Source of the DNA: Eledone cirrhosa
Taxonomy: Eukaryota
NCBI GenBank assembly: GCA_964016885.1
Contig: OZ024755.1
Location: 35,216,001 to 35,280,000 of the forward strand
Length of the DNA: 64,000 bases
Direction of reading: 5' to 3'
Shown here: positions 27,999-41,056 of the stretch, one piece after another
How the letters are laid out: every line of letters starts with the position of its first letter
Numbering within the stretch: position 1 is the first letter of the stretch
The notes under the pieces: model-generated
Seen by the model: only the letters and a program-made list of their open reading frames with translations
What the model was told of the DNA's origin: nothing
The model's database searches: none
Program-made: the position numbers and the translations under genes

Positions 27999-28628
27999 TG
28001 CATAAATATACATATATATATATATATATATGCATAAATATACATATATATATATATAAAATTAGGTAGTACATGTGGTTATGCCATATTTGAGTAAATA
28101 GAATCAGTCTGTCAGTTGGGATTTTAAAAACCTTCTGAACGGAAAAAAAGGATGAGTACTGACGTACATGGGTTTGCCGGACCAATGTGTTACCATTACA
28201 CCAACACCCGACCTATGCTTCCTTCCATTCAATTAGAAGCTTTGTAACCATACCAGGTATATATATATATATATATATCATATAAATAGAGAGACACAGA
28301 TCAGGCTTTGTTTAGAAACAGCTAGCTAATTTGGAAATTAGGTAGGATTTTAAATTTCAAAAATGTTAAGTCCAACTGTAATTTTCTCCCACTTACGTAA
28401 CATCTCCTGTGTTAGGGGTTTTTTCTAATCATATGCTTGGTTGTCACCGATCTGTCCAGCTCAGTTGACCGCCAGTATATCAAAAGAAACCTGCATCTCC
28501 TATGCATTTTATCTGCCTAGAACATGTTTTAGAATATGTTATACATAAGCCTTGCATCTTCGAAATCATCATCATCCTCATCATCATCGTTTAATGTCTA
28601 TCTTTCACGCTAGCATGGGTTTATATAT

Positions 28629-28851
28629 ATCATCATCATCATCATCATTTTACGTCCGCTTTTCCCTGCTTGCAAGGGTGGGACGGGAACTGATTCTGGC
28701 TTGATTTCTACAGCTGGATGCCCTTCCTAACACCAACCTCATTTACAGTGAGTGCTGGGTGCTTTTTTGCTGTGGCACCTCCACGACCACTTTGCAGTGG
28801 AATGATAGGGACCCCAGTCCCTATCATCTCATTTCTACAGCTGAGTGAACT
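28629..28851 (-). mobile_element. SINE family B, 5'-truncated
   Basis: Matches 27750-27966 in reverse. Confidence 0.88.
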
Positions 28852-29046
28852 GAAAATAGATAGAGATGATCTAAAGTAACTATATTTTGTTTATTATTAT
28901 TATTATACTCTGGATAAATATATACCGTTGAGTGCTTGATATCTGTTATATAAAAGTTAGCTGATTATAAATCAACTCTTTTTCATTGAACAATAATAAT
29001 GTGTGTGTGTGTGTGTGTGTGTGAGTGTGTGTATACATATATATAT

Positions 29047-29087
<41 letters not shown>

Positions 29088-29123
29088 CATATATATATAT
29101 ATGACATATACATATATATATAT

Positions 29124-29318
29124 ATGACATTGCACTCAGTGCTCCTGTGGGAGCCCCTACATGGACACACTAGAAGAGGAAGACCAAGGTTAACGTATGT
29201 TGATGCCCTAAGGACAGACACTGGTCTGTTGGAGATGCAGGACATGGCAGCGATAATGAGGGACAGAGACCGCTGGAGAGAACTCGTCCATGGATCTCGG
29301 GAATTTTACCCGCCTTAG
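29124..29318 (+). mobile_element. RTE-like LINE 3' fragment
   Basis: VLLWEPLHGHTRRGRPRLTYVD...MRDRDRWRELV. Confidence 0.8.
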
Positions 29319-29519
29319 AGATAGAGATATATATATATATAACAAAGAAAGTGTGGTAAGAAACCAGGTGGAGCATAACGCACCAGAGTACTCAATAGTT
29401 ATGGTAGTAGAGTGGGTAATAGGAAAAATGTCAGGACCCCGACGGCTGATAGATCCGAACTGAGTTCGGATCTAGCTGTCGAAATGGCTGGAGCTCAGCC
29501 GTCGGGGTTCTGACTTTTT

Positions 29520-29585
<66 letters not shown>

Positions 29586-29744
29586 CACATAATCACATAC
29601 ATATACACACACACACATAAGTATTTGAGAGAATGCTCAATACTAAATATAGAGCCATATATTATATTTTATTGTAAGCTGAATCTTGTGTTCTACAGAA
29701 ATTCCCAGACTTGGACAAATACTAATCAACAACTGATATTATAA

Positions 29745-30635
29745 TTGTTTATATTTTTGGCACAAGGCCAGCAATTATCCCAGTGTATTACTGGTACTTT
29801 ATTTTATCGACCCCGTAGGGATGAAAGGCAAAGTTAACCTCGGCGGGATTTGAACTCAGACCGTAAAGGGACGTAACTCTGCTGTAAAGCATGGCGTCCG
29901 ACTCTCTACCTATACTGCTATTATAATTGTTTATATTTTTTGGCACAAGGCCAGTAATTATATCAGTGCATTACTGGTACTTTATTTTATCAACCCCCGT
30001 AAGGATGAAAGGCAAAATTAACCTCGGCAGGATTTGAACTCAGAATGGCAAGGGCCGTAACTCTATGCGTCAGGTACACAAACCACATATGAACTGTATT
30101 ATATGAATAAAATAAATATTATGGAATAGATTAAAGTATCAAAAACCTCATTAAACAGAAAATAGAATACATTATGTTAAACCATAATCTATAACTAACA
30201 ATATATTATTTATGTTTTAAAGACAATTTATTCTCTATTATAACTATATAGGGCGGTGGATTGGCAGTAACGGTAGAGGGTTGGACGCCATTCTTTCTAG
30301 CATAGTTACGTCCCTTTACAGTCTGAGTTCAAATCCCGCTGAGGTTAACTTTGCCTTTCATCCTTACGGGGTCGATAAAATAAAGTACCAGTAATGTACT
30401 GGGCAATTTCTGGCCTTGTGCCAAAAGTAAAAACAATTATTATTACTGCGGTGGATTGGCAGTATCGGTAGAGGGTCGGATGCCATGCTTTGACGCATAG
30501 AGTTACGGCCCTTGACATTCTGAGTTCAAATCCCGCCGAGGTTAACTTTGCCTTTCATCCTTACGGGGTCGATAAAATAAAGTACCAGTAATGTACTGGG
30601 CAATTTCTGGCCTTGTGCCAATAGTAGAAACAATT
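29745..30635. mobile_element. Cluster of four SINE A copies (two minus, two plus)
   Basis: 29745-29920 (-), 29925-30072 (-), 30250-30440 (+), 30448-30635 (+). Confidence 0.88.
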
Positions 30636-30669
30636 ATAACTATAGAATTATTTTCATTATCGTTCATTA

Positions 30670-31617
30670 GGGTGGTGGATTGGCAGAGTCAGTAGAGTGT
30701 CAGACAATATGCTTTGTGGTATAGAGTGGCGCCCCTTACTTCATATCATGTAGCAGAATTCACATGTTTATGTGTGAATGTAGCGGAATTTACACGTTTA
30801 TGTGTGAATGTAGCAGAATTTGCATGTTTATGTGTGAATGTAGCAGACTTTACACGTTTATGTGTGAATGTAGCAGAATTTACACGTTTATGTGTGAATG
30901 TAGCAGAATTTGCATGTTTATGTGTGAATGTAGCGGAATTTACATGTTTATGTGTGAATGTAGCGGAATTTACATGTTTATGTGTGAATGTAGCGGAATT
31001 TACACGTTTATGTGTGAATGTAGCAGAATTTACACGTTTATGTTTGAATGTAGCGGAATTTACACGTTTATGTGTGAATGTACCAGAATTTACACGTTTA
31101 TGTGTGAATGTAGCAGACTTTACACGTTTATGTGTGAATGTAGCAGAATTTACACGTTTATGTGTGAATGTACCAGAATTTACACGTTTATGTGTGAATG
31201 TAGCAGAATTTACATGTTTATGTGTGAATGTAGCAGAATTTACACGTTTATGTTTGAATGTAGCAGACTTTACACGTTTATGTGTGAATGTAGCAGAATT
31301 TACATGTTTATGTGTGAATGTACCAGAATTTACACGTTTATGTTTGAATGTAGCAGACTTTACACGTTTATGTGTGAATGTAGCAGAATTTACATGTTTA
31401 TGTGTGAATGTATCAACATTCTGTGTACATACTAGTTTTTATTGTGGCATAGAGTTACAGTCCTTCATGTTCTGATTTCAAATCCTGCTGAAGTTAGCTT
31501 TGCCTTTCATCTCACAGGGTCGATAAAATAAAGTACCAGTAACGTACTGGGGTCGATTTAATCAACTTTCCCCTCCCCTTCAAATTACTGGCCTTGTGCC
31601 TAAAGTAGAAACAGTTA
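30670..31617 (+). mobile_element. SINE A variant carrying a 30-bp VNTR (~22 copies, 30749-31412)
   Basis: Unit gtagcagaatttacacgtttatgtgtgaat between SINE head and body; a ~2-unit version is at 18645-18900 (-). Confidence 0.85.
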
Positions 31618-32302
31618 TTATGGCTCATTTCTGAATAGTTTTTGTTGACCTCCTATAAAGTTGAATCTCATAGGATGTTTCTTACATATTTTACTGACAA
31701 GAGCCTATTTTTCCAGTGATTGGTCGGGGGATTTTGATCTGAGAGAGCACAGAGCTAGAACTGATAATGAAAGATACCAAGTTCAATGTTGTAACAATTT
31801 CACTGATGCACTGCACAAGTTTATGACACTAACTGTTATATTGGCTATAAAAGCATGGCACTATCCTACCGGCTATACATTGACACAGTGATAATGTAAT
31901 GCATTACACCATACAACACAAAATGTAACTAGACAGGAAAACATTAGCAAACAATACATCTATACGTTATAAAATTCAACACAAAATGAATGATTAATGA
32001 TGGAAACAATACATATAACATGACATGATGTAAAATAAACACAGACACAACCTTAGTCCTGAACAGAAATCAATTCCCTACTGTTGGCATAAATCCCATG
32101 TTTAAAATTCAAATTGTGGTACTAATGTATTATATTGACACAGTATAGTATAAAGGGGCAACAACACATGGCAAATGACTTCATCGAGAAGGTGAGAAGA
32201 GGAGGGATAAGAAATGTTGAAGATGGATTTAGAAACATTACAGCTCTAAACAAAATGCAAGGAAATGATATGGAGATATAAATCTAGAGAATGTAGACAT
32301 AT

Positions 32303-32415
32303 CAGTATTCTGACGATTTGGTCGGGCATCGACTGTAATTGAGGTCGAGTGGCGTAACTTCTAACGAACAGTGACGTTTAGACACACCAGACTAATGAAA
32401 CAATTGTTAATACTG
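32303..32415 (+). ncRNA. Type I hammerhead ribozyme motif with long stem II insert
   Basis: cagtatt-CTGACGA-t-ttggtc...gactaa-t-GAAA-caattg-TT-aatactg; perfect 7-bp stem I, palindromic stem III, followed by aataaa. Confidence 0.75.
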
Positions 32416-32674
32416 TAAATAAACCCTATTCTACAGCCAACCATGTTATTCTTCATTCTTTTACTATATAGAATTTAATATAGAAATGGCTTCTACAGGA
32501 CTAGAACTGTTATCATTCGAAGGAAATCATCAGGAAAGCTTTCCTGTAGAAGCCATTTCTATATTAAATTCTATATATACTCTACTAATGTATTGAGTAC
32601 CTTACTGTGGTTACCTCCGATTGAACCCGGGACTCACACACCACACACACACATATATATATGTATACATATAT

Positions 32675-33008
32675 GGAGGCACATGGCTTAGTGGTTAGTG
32701 CATTGGCCTTGCAATCAAAAGGTTGTGAGTTCAATTCTCAGACCGGGTGATGTGTTGCTTCCTTGAGCAAGAGACTTTATTTCACATTGCTCCAGTTTAT
32801 CAGCTGTAGAAATGAGATGATAGGGACTGGGGTCCCTATCATTCCACTGCAAAGTGGTCGTGTAGGTGCCATGGCAAAAAAGCACCCAGCACTCACTGTA
32901 AATGAGGTTGGTGTTAGGAAGGGCACCCAGCTGTAGAAATCAAGCCAGCATCAGTTCCCGTCCCACCCTTGCAAGCAGGGAAAAGGGGACGTAAAATGAT
33001 GATGATGA
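32675..33008 (+). mobile_element. SINE family B, full length
   Basis: Matches 27625-27966. Confidence 0.9.
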
Positions 33009-33149
33009 TTATATATATATACATATGTATTGTATTGAAAATATTCCATATGCACGACAAACATAAATGTATACAAATACTTACATACGCACGCATGTAT
33101 GCTTCTGTATATTGATATGTGTGTAGCGTATCGGTGTAGTGAGTAGTGT

Positions 33150-33442
33150 GGTGTATGTGGTGTATGTGTTGTAATGTGTGTATGTGTGGTGTATGTTTTG
33201 TGATGTGTGTATGTCTGTGTGTGTATGTTTTGTGATGTGTGTATGTCTGTGTGTGTATGTTTTATGATGTGTGTGTGTGTCTGTGTGTGTATGTGTATGT
33301 TTTGTGATGTGTGTATGTGTCTGTGTGTGTGTATGTTTTGTGATGTGTGTATGTTTTGTGATGTGTGTATGTTTTGTGATGTGTGTATGTTTTGTGATGT
33401 GTGTATATGTGTGTGTGTGTGTATGTTTTGTGATGTGTGTAT

Positions 33443-33479
<37 letters not shown>

Positions 33480-34405
33480 TGTGTGTGTGTGTGTGTGTAT
33501 GTGTATGTTTTGTGATGTGTGTATGTTTTGTGATGTGTGTATGTTTTGTGATGTGTGTATATGTGTGTGTGTGTGTGTGTATGTTTTGTGATGTGTGTAT
33601 GTGTCTGTGTGTATGTTTTGTGATGTGTGTATGTGTCTGTGTGTGTATGTGTCTGTGTGTATGTGTCTGTGTGTGTATGTGTCTGTGTGTATGTGTGTAT
33701 GTGTATGTTTTGTGATGTGTGTATGTGTCTGTGTGTGTGTATGTGTATGTATGTGTCTGTGTGTGTATGTGTATGTTTTGTGATGTGTGTATGTTTTGTG
33801 ATGTGTGCGCGTGCGTGTGCGTGTGTGTGTGTTTTGTGATATGTGTATGGGTCTGTGTGTGTGTATGTGTATGTTTTGTGATGTGTGTATGGGTCTGTGA
33901 TGTGTGTATGTTTTGTGATGTGTGCGTGCGTGCGTGCGCGTGCGTGCGCGTGTGCGTGTGCGTGTGCGTGTGCGTGTTTTGTGATATGTGTATGGGTCTG
34001 TGTGTGTGTATGTGTATGTTTTGTGATGTGTGTATGGGTCTGTCTGTGTGTGTGTTTTGTGATATGTGTATGGGTCTGTGTGTGTGTATGTGTATGTTTT
34101 GTGATGTGTGTATGGGTCTGTGATGTGTGTATGGGTCTGTGTATGTTTTGTGATGTGTGTATGTTTTGTGATATGTGTATGGGTCTGTGTGTGTGTGTGT
34201 GTGTGTGTATGTTTTGTGATGTGTGTATGTTTTGTGATATGTGTATGGGTCTGTGTGTGTGTGTGTGTATGTTTTGTGATGTGTGTATGGGTCTGTGATA
34301 TGTGTATGTGTATGGGTCTGTGTATGTGTATGGGTCTGTGTGTGTGTATGGGTCTGTGTGTGTGTATGGGTCTGTGTATGTGTATGGGTCTGTGTGTGTG
34401 TATGA
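33150..34405. repeat. Compound (GT)n satellite with atgttttgtg and atgggtct motifs
   Basis: Directly visible. Confidence 0.95.
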
Positions 34406-34679
34406 GAGTGTCTGCGTAGATATATAGTAATCTAGAAATTTCAAATTACCCTTTCCAAAATTTACAATATCAGAAAGAGTATATACATCTCATCACCCTT
34501 ACCACACTCATCCTCTTCATCATCATTTGTCATCCCACCACCCCTCTACCCCACCACCCCTCTACCCCTCTACCCCACCACCACCATTGTCACTGCAACC
34601 ACAAATCATGAGGTATATCTGATCAATTTATAACATATTACACTAAATCGACATGACCTCCTCAAATAGAATAGCTCCT

Positions 34680-34703
34680 ATATATATATATGTATATATG
34701 TAT

Positions 34704-34734
<31 letters not shown>

Positions 34735-34870
34735 TATATATTATATATATACATATATATATATACATACATATATACACATATACATATATATATATAT
34801 ACATATATATATATACATACATATATACATATACATATATATATACACATATATATATATATATACATAC

Positions 34871-34901
<31 letters not shown>

Positions 34902-35745
34902 TACATACATACATATATATATATATATACATACATACATACATATATACACATATATATATAAATATATATATACATACATATATACATATATATATAC
35001 ATACATATATACATATATATATACATACATATATATATATATACAAACATACATACATACATATATATACATACATACATACATATATACATATATATAT
35101 ACATATATACATATATATATATATATTCACTGTTGTCTTGTATTCTTCATATATATATTTACAAAGATGGTATGTTCAGTCTAGTTTCTCTAACACCAAT
35201 ATGACTTACCGGCAGTGAGTCATTTGCTCAATGTTCATGTCAGCCATTATGCCATCCAAATAGGAAATATACACACATACACACATACATACATACATAC
35301 ATGCATACATACATGCATACACACGTACATATATACATACATGCATACACACATACATATATACATACACACATACATATATACATGCACACACATACAT
35401 ATATACATGCACACATACATATATACATGCACACACATGCATACATACATATATACATGCATACATACATGCATACAAACATACATATATACATACACAC
35501 ATACATGCATACAAACACATATATACATACACACATACATATATACATACATACATATATACATACACATATACATATATACATACACACATACATATAT
35601 ACATAGACACATACATGCATACAAACATACATACATATATATATACATACAAACATACACACATACATATATACATACACACATACATGCATACATATAC
35701 ATACACACATACATGCATACATACATGCATATATACATACACACA
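34680..35745. repeat. (TA)/(CATA)/(CA) compound microsatellites
   Basis: Directly visible, with a short unique interruption at 35125-35268. Confidence 0.95.
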
Positions 35746-36327
35746 TGGTGACTGCCAACTCGTTTTCGAGTACGGCCACTACTTTATATCCATGTAGGAG
35801 AACCCCTACCGATGCGCTGAACGAGTGTGACTTTTTAGTCCAGCCAGCGACTTGAAAACTCTGGTACAAACACTACACTTGTGATAATTATTGACACAGT
35901 GCTGGGCCCATGGTACCATGTGACGACAAGTGCAGAGAGATCTCCAGATATAAAGCAATGCCTGTGCTGTGAAGCTTTTATAGTGAGCAAAGGCACTGCA
36001 CAAAGCCAGTCCCACTCTCTTAACCAAGATGATATTTACCAAAAAGAAGAACAAGTCAACATCATTGGATACCATCAGGGTTGCAGGTGTTATATCAGAG
36101 TTTTCCTTCTAGAATTCTGCCTTGACAAAGGCTAAGGGGTCATCTCTCCCGGTGATTTTGGATGGCCATTGACTCTTAAGAGCTCCTTTGCCCTTTGACA
36201 GGTTGTCCAAAGTCACCGTCCTCACCAAGAAACCTTGGTGGGGTTGCCAGTTTAGTCACCAACAACCCGACCATGAGACAGGTTGTACTGGGCTACATGC
36301 TACCAGTAGCACCAACTGGTGACTTGA
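35746..36327 (-). mobile_element. Bipartite non-autonomous RTE derivative: 5' UTR-like part plus 3' end encoding a C2H2 finger
   Basis: Minus strand [25 protein letters not shown]; 3' part repeated at 49392-49556 and 57640-57805; 5' part repeated at 43300-43505 and 55520-55660. Confidence 0.65.
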
Positions 36328-36537
36328 CATACACACATACATGCATACAAACATACTTATATACATACAAACGTACATACAAACACATATATACATACAT
36401 ATATATGCATGTACATACTCATACATGTGTACATATATATGAACACATATACAAACAAACATACATTCATACATATGTACATACATAGATAGACAGATAG
36501 ATAGATAGATATATATATACATATGTACACACATGCA

Positions 36538-36584
<47 letters not shown>

Positions 36585-36599
36585 GTATATATATGCACA

Positions 36600-37091
36600 C
36601 CAATCTATCTGAGCTAGGTAGTAAAGCCCTAGATTGACCAGGTAGCTGCAGGTAGGCCGTACGTGTGGCAGTAAGATGCAGCGCCCTGCCATACCAGCCG
36701 AAAGACCCAAGCCTGGCTGTCAGAGAACTTCGTCGACCACACTTCACCTGACATCTGGTCTCCCAGCTCGCCTGACTGCAACCCCCTCGACTTCTTTATG
36801 TGGGGCGCAGTGGAACATGACACCAACAGATTTAGCTGCAATACGAAAGACGATCTGAAGGCCAGGATCACAAGTGCCTTTAGGGGACTCAGTCGGGGGA
36901 CAGTGACGAAGGCCTGTAGCCGTCATCTGAGGCCGTCATCAAAGCCAATGGCGGGTTTATCGGGTGAGATCGCAAGAACAAGTCATGAAGACAAACTGAC
37001 CCAAGTTTGATAACTATATCTTAAAAAATAAAACTACTGTGTTATTTTTTCCTAAACAGTAATCTTGCGGACAAATATCGTCCGCACCCTA
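36600..37091 (+). mobile_element. Tc1/mariner superfamily DD37D (maT-type) transposase 3' fragment with probable right end
   Basis: YVWQ*DAAPCHTSRKTQAWLSENFVDHTSPDIWSPSSPDCNPLDFFMW: 37 residues between the 2nd and 3rd catalytic D; ends gcaccctata. Confidence 0.88.
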
Positions 37092-37170
37092 TAGTTACAT
37101 ATATACATACATAGTTACATACATACATAGTTACATACATACATAGTTACATCCATACATACATACATAC

Positions 37171-37522
37171 CAGGGGCGAAGGGTCCGTGCATGCTTTATA
37201 GAATCTTGAGTTGATCAATTGTGTCAGTTGAAGCAAGCAGAATTTTGACTGCTTACTAAAACGTATAGACACAAAAAAAGATAACACACACAAACACATT
37301 CACACAAACACATGACAGCTTTGGGGCAAGCAGAATTTTGACTGCTTACTAAATCGTAGACACATAAAAAGATAACACACACACACAAGATAACCGTACA
37401 TGCGGCATTGATCGGGAGGGTCTTTTAGAGGGAATTCGGGTGGGGGGTAAGGCTGCACAGCCCCACTTTCCGCATGGCGATTGGACTTATTGCCCTGCTT
37501 TCCAGGTTACCCTACGCCACTG
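37171..37522. mobile_element. hAT-type MITE
   Basis: caggggcgaaggg ... ccctacgccactg imperfect TIR; 8-bp flanks atacatac/atatatac; internal ~55-bp duplication. Confidence 0.65.
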
Positions 37523-37869
37523 ATATATACATGCAAACATACATAATTATATACATATATACATACATATAATTACATACATACATAGTTAAATAGATGC
37601 AAACATACATACATAGTTAAATAGATGCAAACATACATAGTTATATACATATATATATACATACATACATAGTTATATACATATATATACATACATAAAT
37701 AGTTACATACATACATAGTTAAATACATGCAAACATACATAGTTATATACATATATATACATACATAAATATTTACATACATACATAGTTAAATACATGC
37801 AAACATACATAGTTATATACTATTTATGTATGTATATACATATATATACATACATAAATAGTTACATAC

Positions 37870-38214
37870 ATCATTTCATTTCATCATTTCATTTTACGTC
37901 CGCTTTTCCCTGCTTGCAAGGGTGGGACGGGAACTGATTCTGGCTTGATTTCTACAGTTGGATGCCCCTCCTAACACCAACCTCATTTACAGTGAGTGCT
38001 GGGTGCTTTTTTGCCGTGGCACCTCCACGACCACTTTGCAGTGGAATGATAGGGACCCCAGTCTCTATCATCTCATTTCTACAGCTGAGTAAACTGGAGC
38101 AATGTGAAATAAAGTCTCTTGCTCAAGGAAACAACACATCACCCGGTCCGAGAATTGAACTCACAACCTTTCGATTACAAGGCCAATGCTCTAACCACTA
38201 AGCCATGTGCCTCC
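37870..38214 (-). mobile_element. SINE family B, full length
   Basis: Matches the family. Confidence 0.9.
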
Positions 38215-38836
38215 GATACATACATACATAATTAAATACATGCAAACATACATAGTTATATACATATATATATATATATATATACATACATAAATATTTA
38301 CATACATACATACATACATAGTTAAATACATGCAAACATACATAGTTATATACACATATATACATACATAAACAGTTACATACATACATACATACATACA
38401 AACTTAGAAAGCTGAATCTTCACTAAACCAAACAAATAAACAGTCTCTTCTCACCCTTCCCCCCTCCTTCCCTCCACCTTCTTTGATCCAACTGTTGCAT
38501 TAATTTGATGTATTACTGTTGTTATATTATTTATTACACTATTTTGTATATGTTGATCCGACTTGACCCTCCACTGTTTATCTTACCAGCTAAGCTGACT
38601 CACCCTCAACACTTTCACGAATTACAGCCATGCACTGAAAAATACACTTTGTTCCAGAAACATTATTATTATTATTATTTTTATTATTATTATTATTATT
38701 TTTTTTTTTTTTTTTTTTTTTCATTAGATTATATATATGATAATATATATATATCACGTATAATACATGTATATATATTAAATAAATATTTATTAGATGA
38801 TTCATATATATATGTGTGTGTATGTGTGTGTGTGTG

Positions 38837-38878
<42 letters not shown>

Positions 38879-38924
38879 AACACTTGCTAACAGGGAAAGC
38901 CAACGGTAAAATGACAGTGTTGAT

Positions 38925-39072
38925 ATATGTATGTATGTATATATAAATATGTATGTATGTATATATATATATATATATATAAATATATATATAAGTATGT
39001 ATATATATATATATATATATAAATATATATATATATAAGTATATATATATATATATATAAATATATATAAGT

Positions 39073-39103
<31 letters not shown>

Positions 39104-39732
39104 AGTATGTATATATATATAAATATATATATAAGTATGTATATATATATATAAATATATATATATATAAATATATATAATAATAATGAAATTATTGTGT
39201 ACAGTGCTCAGGTGCACTACAATATATATATAAGTATGTATATATATATAAATATATATATATATAAGTATATATATATATATAAATATATATATATATA
39301 AGTATGTATATATATATATATAAATATATATATATATAAGTATGTATATATATATAAATATATATATATAAGTATGTATATATATAAATATATATATATA
39401 TAAATATATATATTTATATATGTATATATATGCATTAATATATATGTATAAATATATATATATATATATGTATATATATAAATATATATATATATATAAG
39501 TATGTATATATATATAAATATATATATAAATATATATATAAATATAAAAATCTATGTATATATATATAAATATATATATATAAATATGTAAATATGTATG
39601 TATATGTATGTATACATACATATATATATATATATATATAAATATATATATAAATATATAAATATATATATATAAATATGTATGTATATATAAATATATG
39701 TATATGTATATATATATATACATATATATATA
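38925..39732. repeat. (TA)n-based microsatellites
   Basis: Directly visible. Confidence 0.97.
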
Positions 39733-39861
39733 TTAATCTTTATATTTTGCTCTATTTTCATATAAGATTTATGCAAATATTCTGATCACTGTGAATATAA
39801 TTATCATATATTTGAATATCCAACTTTTTGTACCAATATATCAGGGCGTTATCTTTTATTA

Positions 39862-40042
39862 TTGGCAGTATCGGTAGAGGGTCGGACGCCATGCTTTACA
39901 GCATAGAGTTACGTCCCTTGCCATTCTGAGTTCAAATCCTGCCGAGGTTAACTTTGCCTTTCATCCTTACGGGGTCGATAAAATAAAGTACCAGTAATGC
40001 ACTGGGTAATTGCTGGCCTTGTGCCAAAAGTAGAAACAATTA
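39862..40042 (+). mobile_element. SINE family A
   Basis: Matches the family. Confidence 0.88.
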
Positions 40043-40077
40043 TTTGAAGAAGTTTCATTTATCAATAATATAAAACT

Positions 40078-40720
40078 GTAGTAGTAGTAGTAGCTGTGGT
40101 AGGAGTAGTTGCAGTTGTAGTAGTAGTAGTTGCTGTGGTAGGAGTAGTAGCAGTTGTGGTAGTAGTAGTAGTAGTTGCTGTGGTGGTGGTGGTAGTAGTA
40201 TTAGTAGTTGCTGTGGTGGTGGTGGTAGTAGTATTAGTAGTTGCTGTGGTGGTGGTGGTAGTAGTAGTAGTAGTTGCAGTGGTGGTGGTTATAGTAGTAG
40301 TTGCTGTGGTGGTGGTGGTGGTAGTAGTTGCTGTGGTGGTGGTGGTAGTGTTAGTAGTAGTAGTAGTAGTTGCGGTGGTGGTGGTTATAGTAGTAGTAGT
40401 TGCTGTGGTGGTAGTGGTAGTAGTAGTAGTTGCTGTGGTAGTGGTGGTGGCGGTGGTAGTAGTTGCTGTGGTAGTGGTGGTGGCGGTGGTAGTAGTTGCT
40501 GTGGTAGTGGTGGTAGTAGTAGTAGTAGTATTTACATTCATTGTTGCAGGCATTGTTTATCAAGAACTCTTTTATGAACATGATGGTGGTGGTGGTGATG
40601 ATGGTGGTGGTGGTGATGATGATGATGATGGTGATGATGGTGATGATGGTGGTGATCATGATGATGATGGTGGTGATCATGATGATGATGGTGGTGATCA
40701 TGATGAAGATGTTGATGAGC
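40078..40720. repeat. (GTA/GTG/GCT)n and (GAT/GGT)n trinucleotide repeats
   Basis: Directly visible. Confidence 0.95.
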
Positions 40721-40796
40721 CATACAGGCAGAATTAATATGGTGTCGTTCAACCAAAGATTTTAGAATCTTTTTATTTCACTTTTTTCTTTCTTAC

Positions 40797-40898
40797 TTTC
40801 AGTGGTGTCATCAAAATTTGACGGAGTTTTATCCTTAGCTTCAAGTGATTTACTAGTTAATAATTCTCCACTGCATGAAACCCCAGCAAGACATTTAT
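40797..40898 (-). CDS. Candidate 102-bp internal exon of an unidentified host gene
   Basis: Minus strand tgttttgtacttcag|AT...GAAA|gtaaga; phase 1-1, open frame (D)KCLAGVSCSGELLTSKSLEAKDKTPSNFDDTTE; no recognised homology. Confidence 0.3.
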
Positions 40899-41056
40899 CT
40901 GAAGTACAAAACATCACATTGACATTTATGAAAATCTTTACTCTTATACTTCAAATATTTACAATGGTTTATCCAGCAGTGAAGATATGATAAACATTTG
41001 AATTAACAAACTTGTTTTGAAATATTTTCTGCTACATCATTGGAGAATGTTGAGAG

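Noticed and set aside
28150-28215. Minus-strand A-box-like ggtgtaatggtaacac
   Set aside because: Isolated fragment with no B-box; cannot support a tRNA or SINE call.
30714-31475. 253-aa and 223-aa repeat ORFs
   Set aside because: By-product of a 30-bp VNTR inside a SINE.
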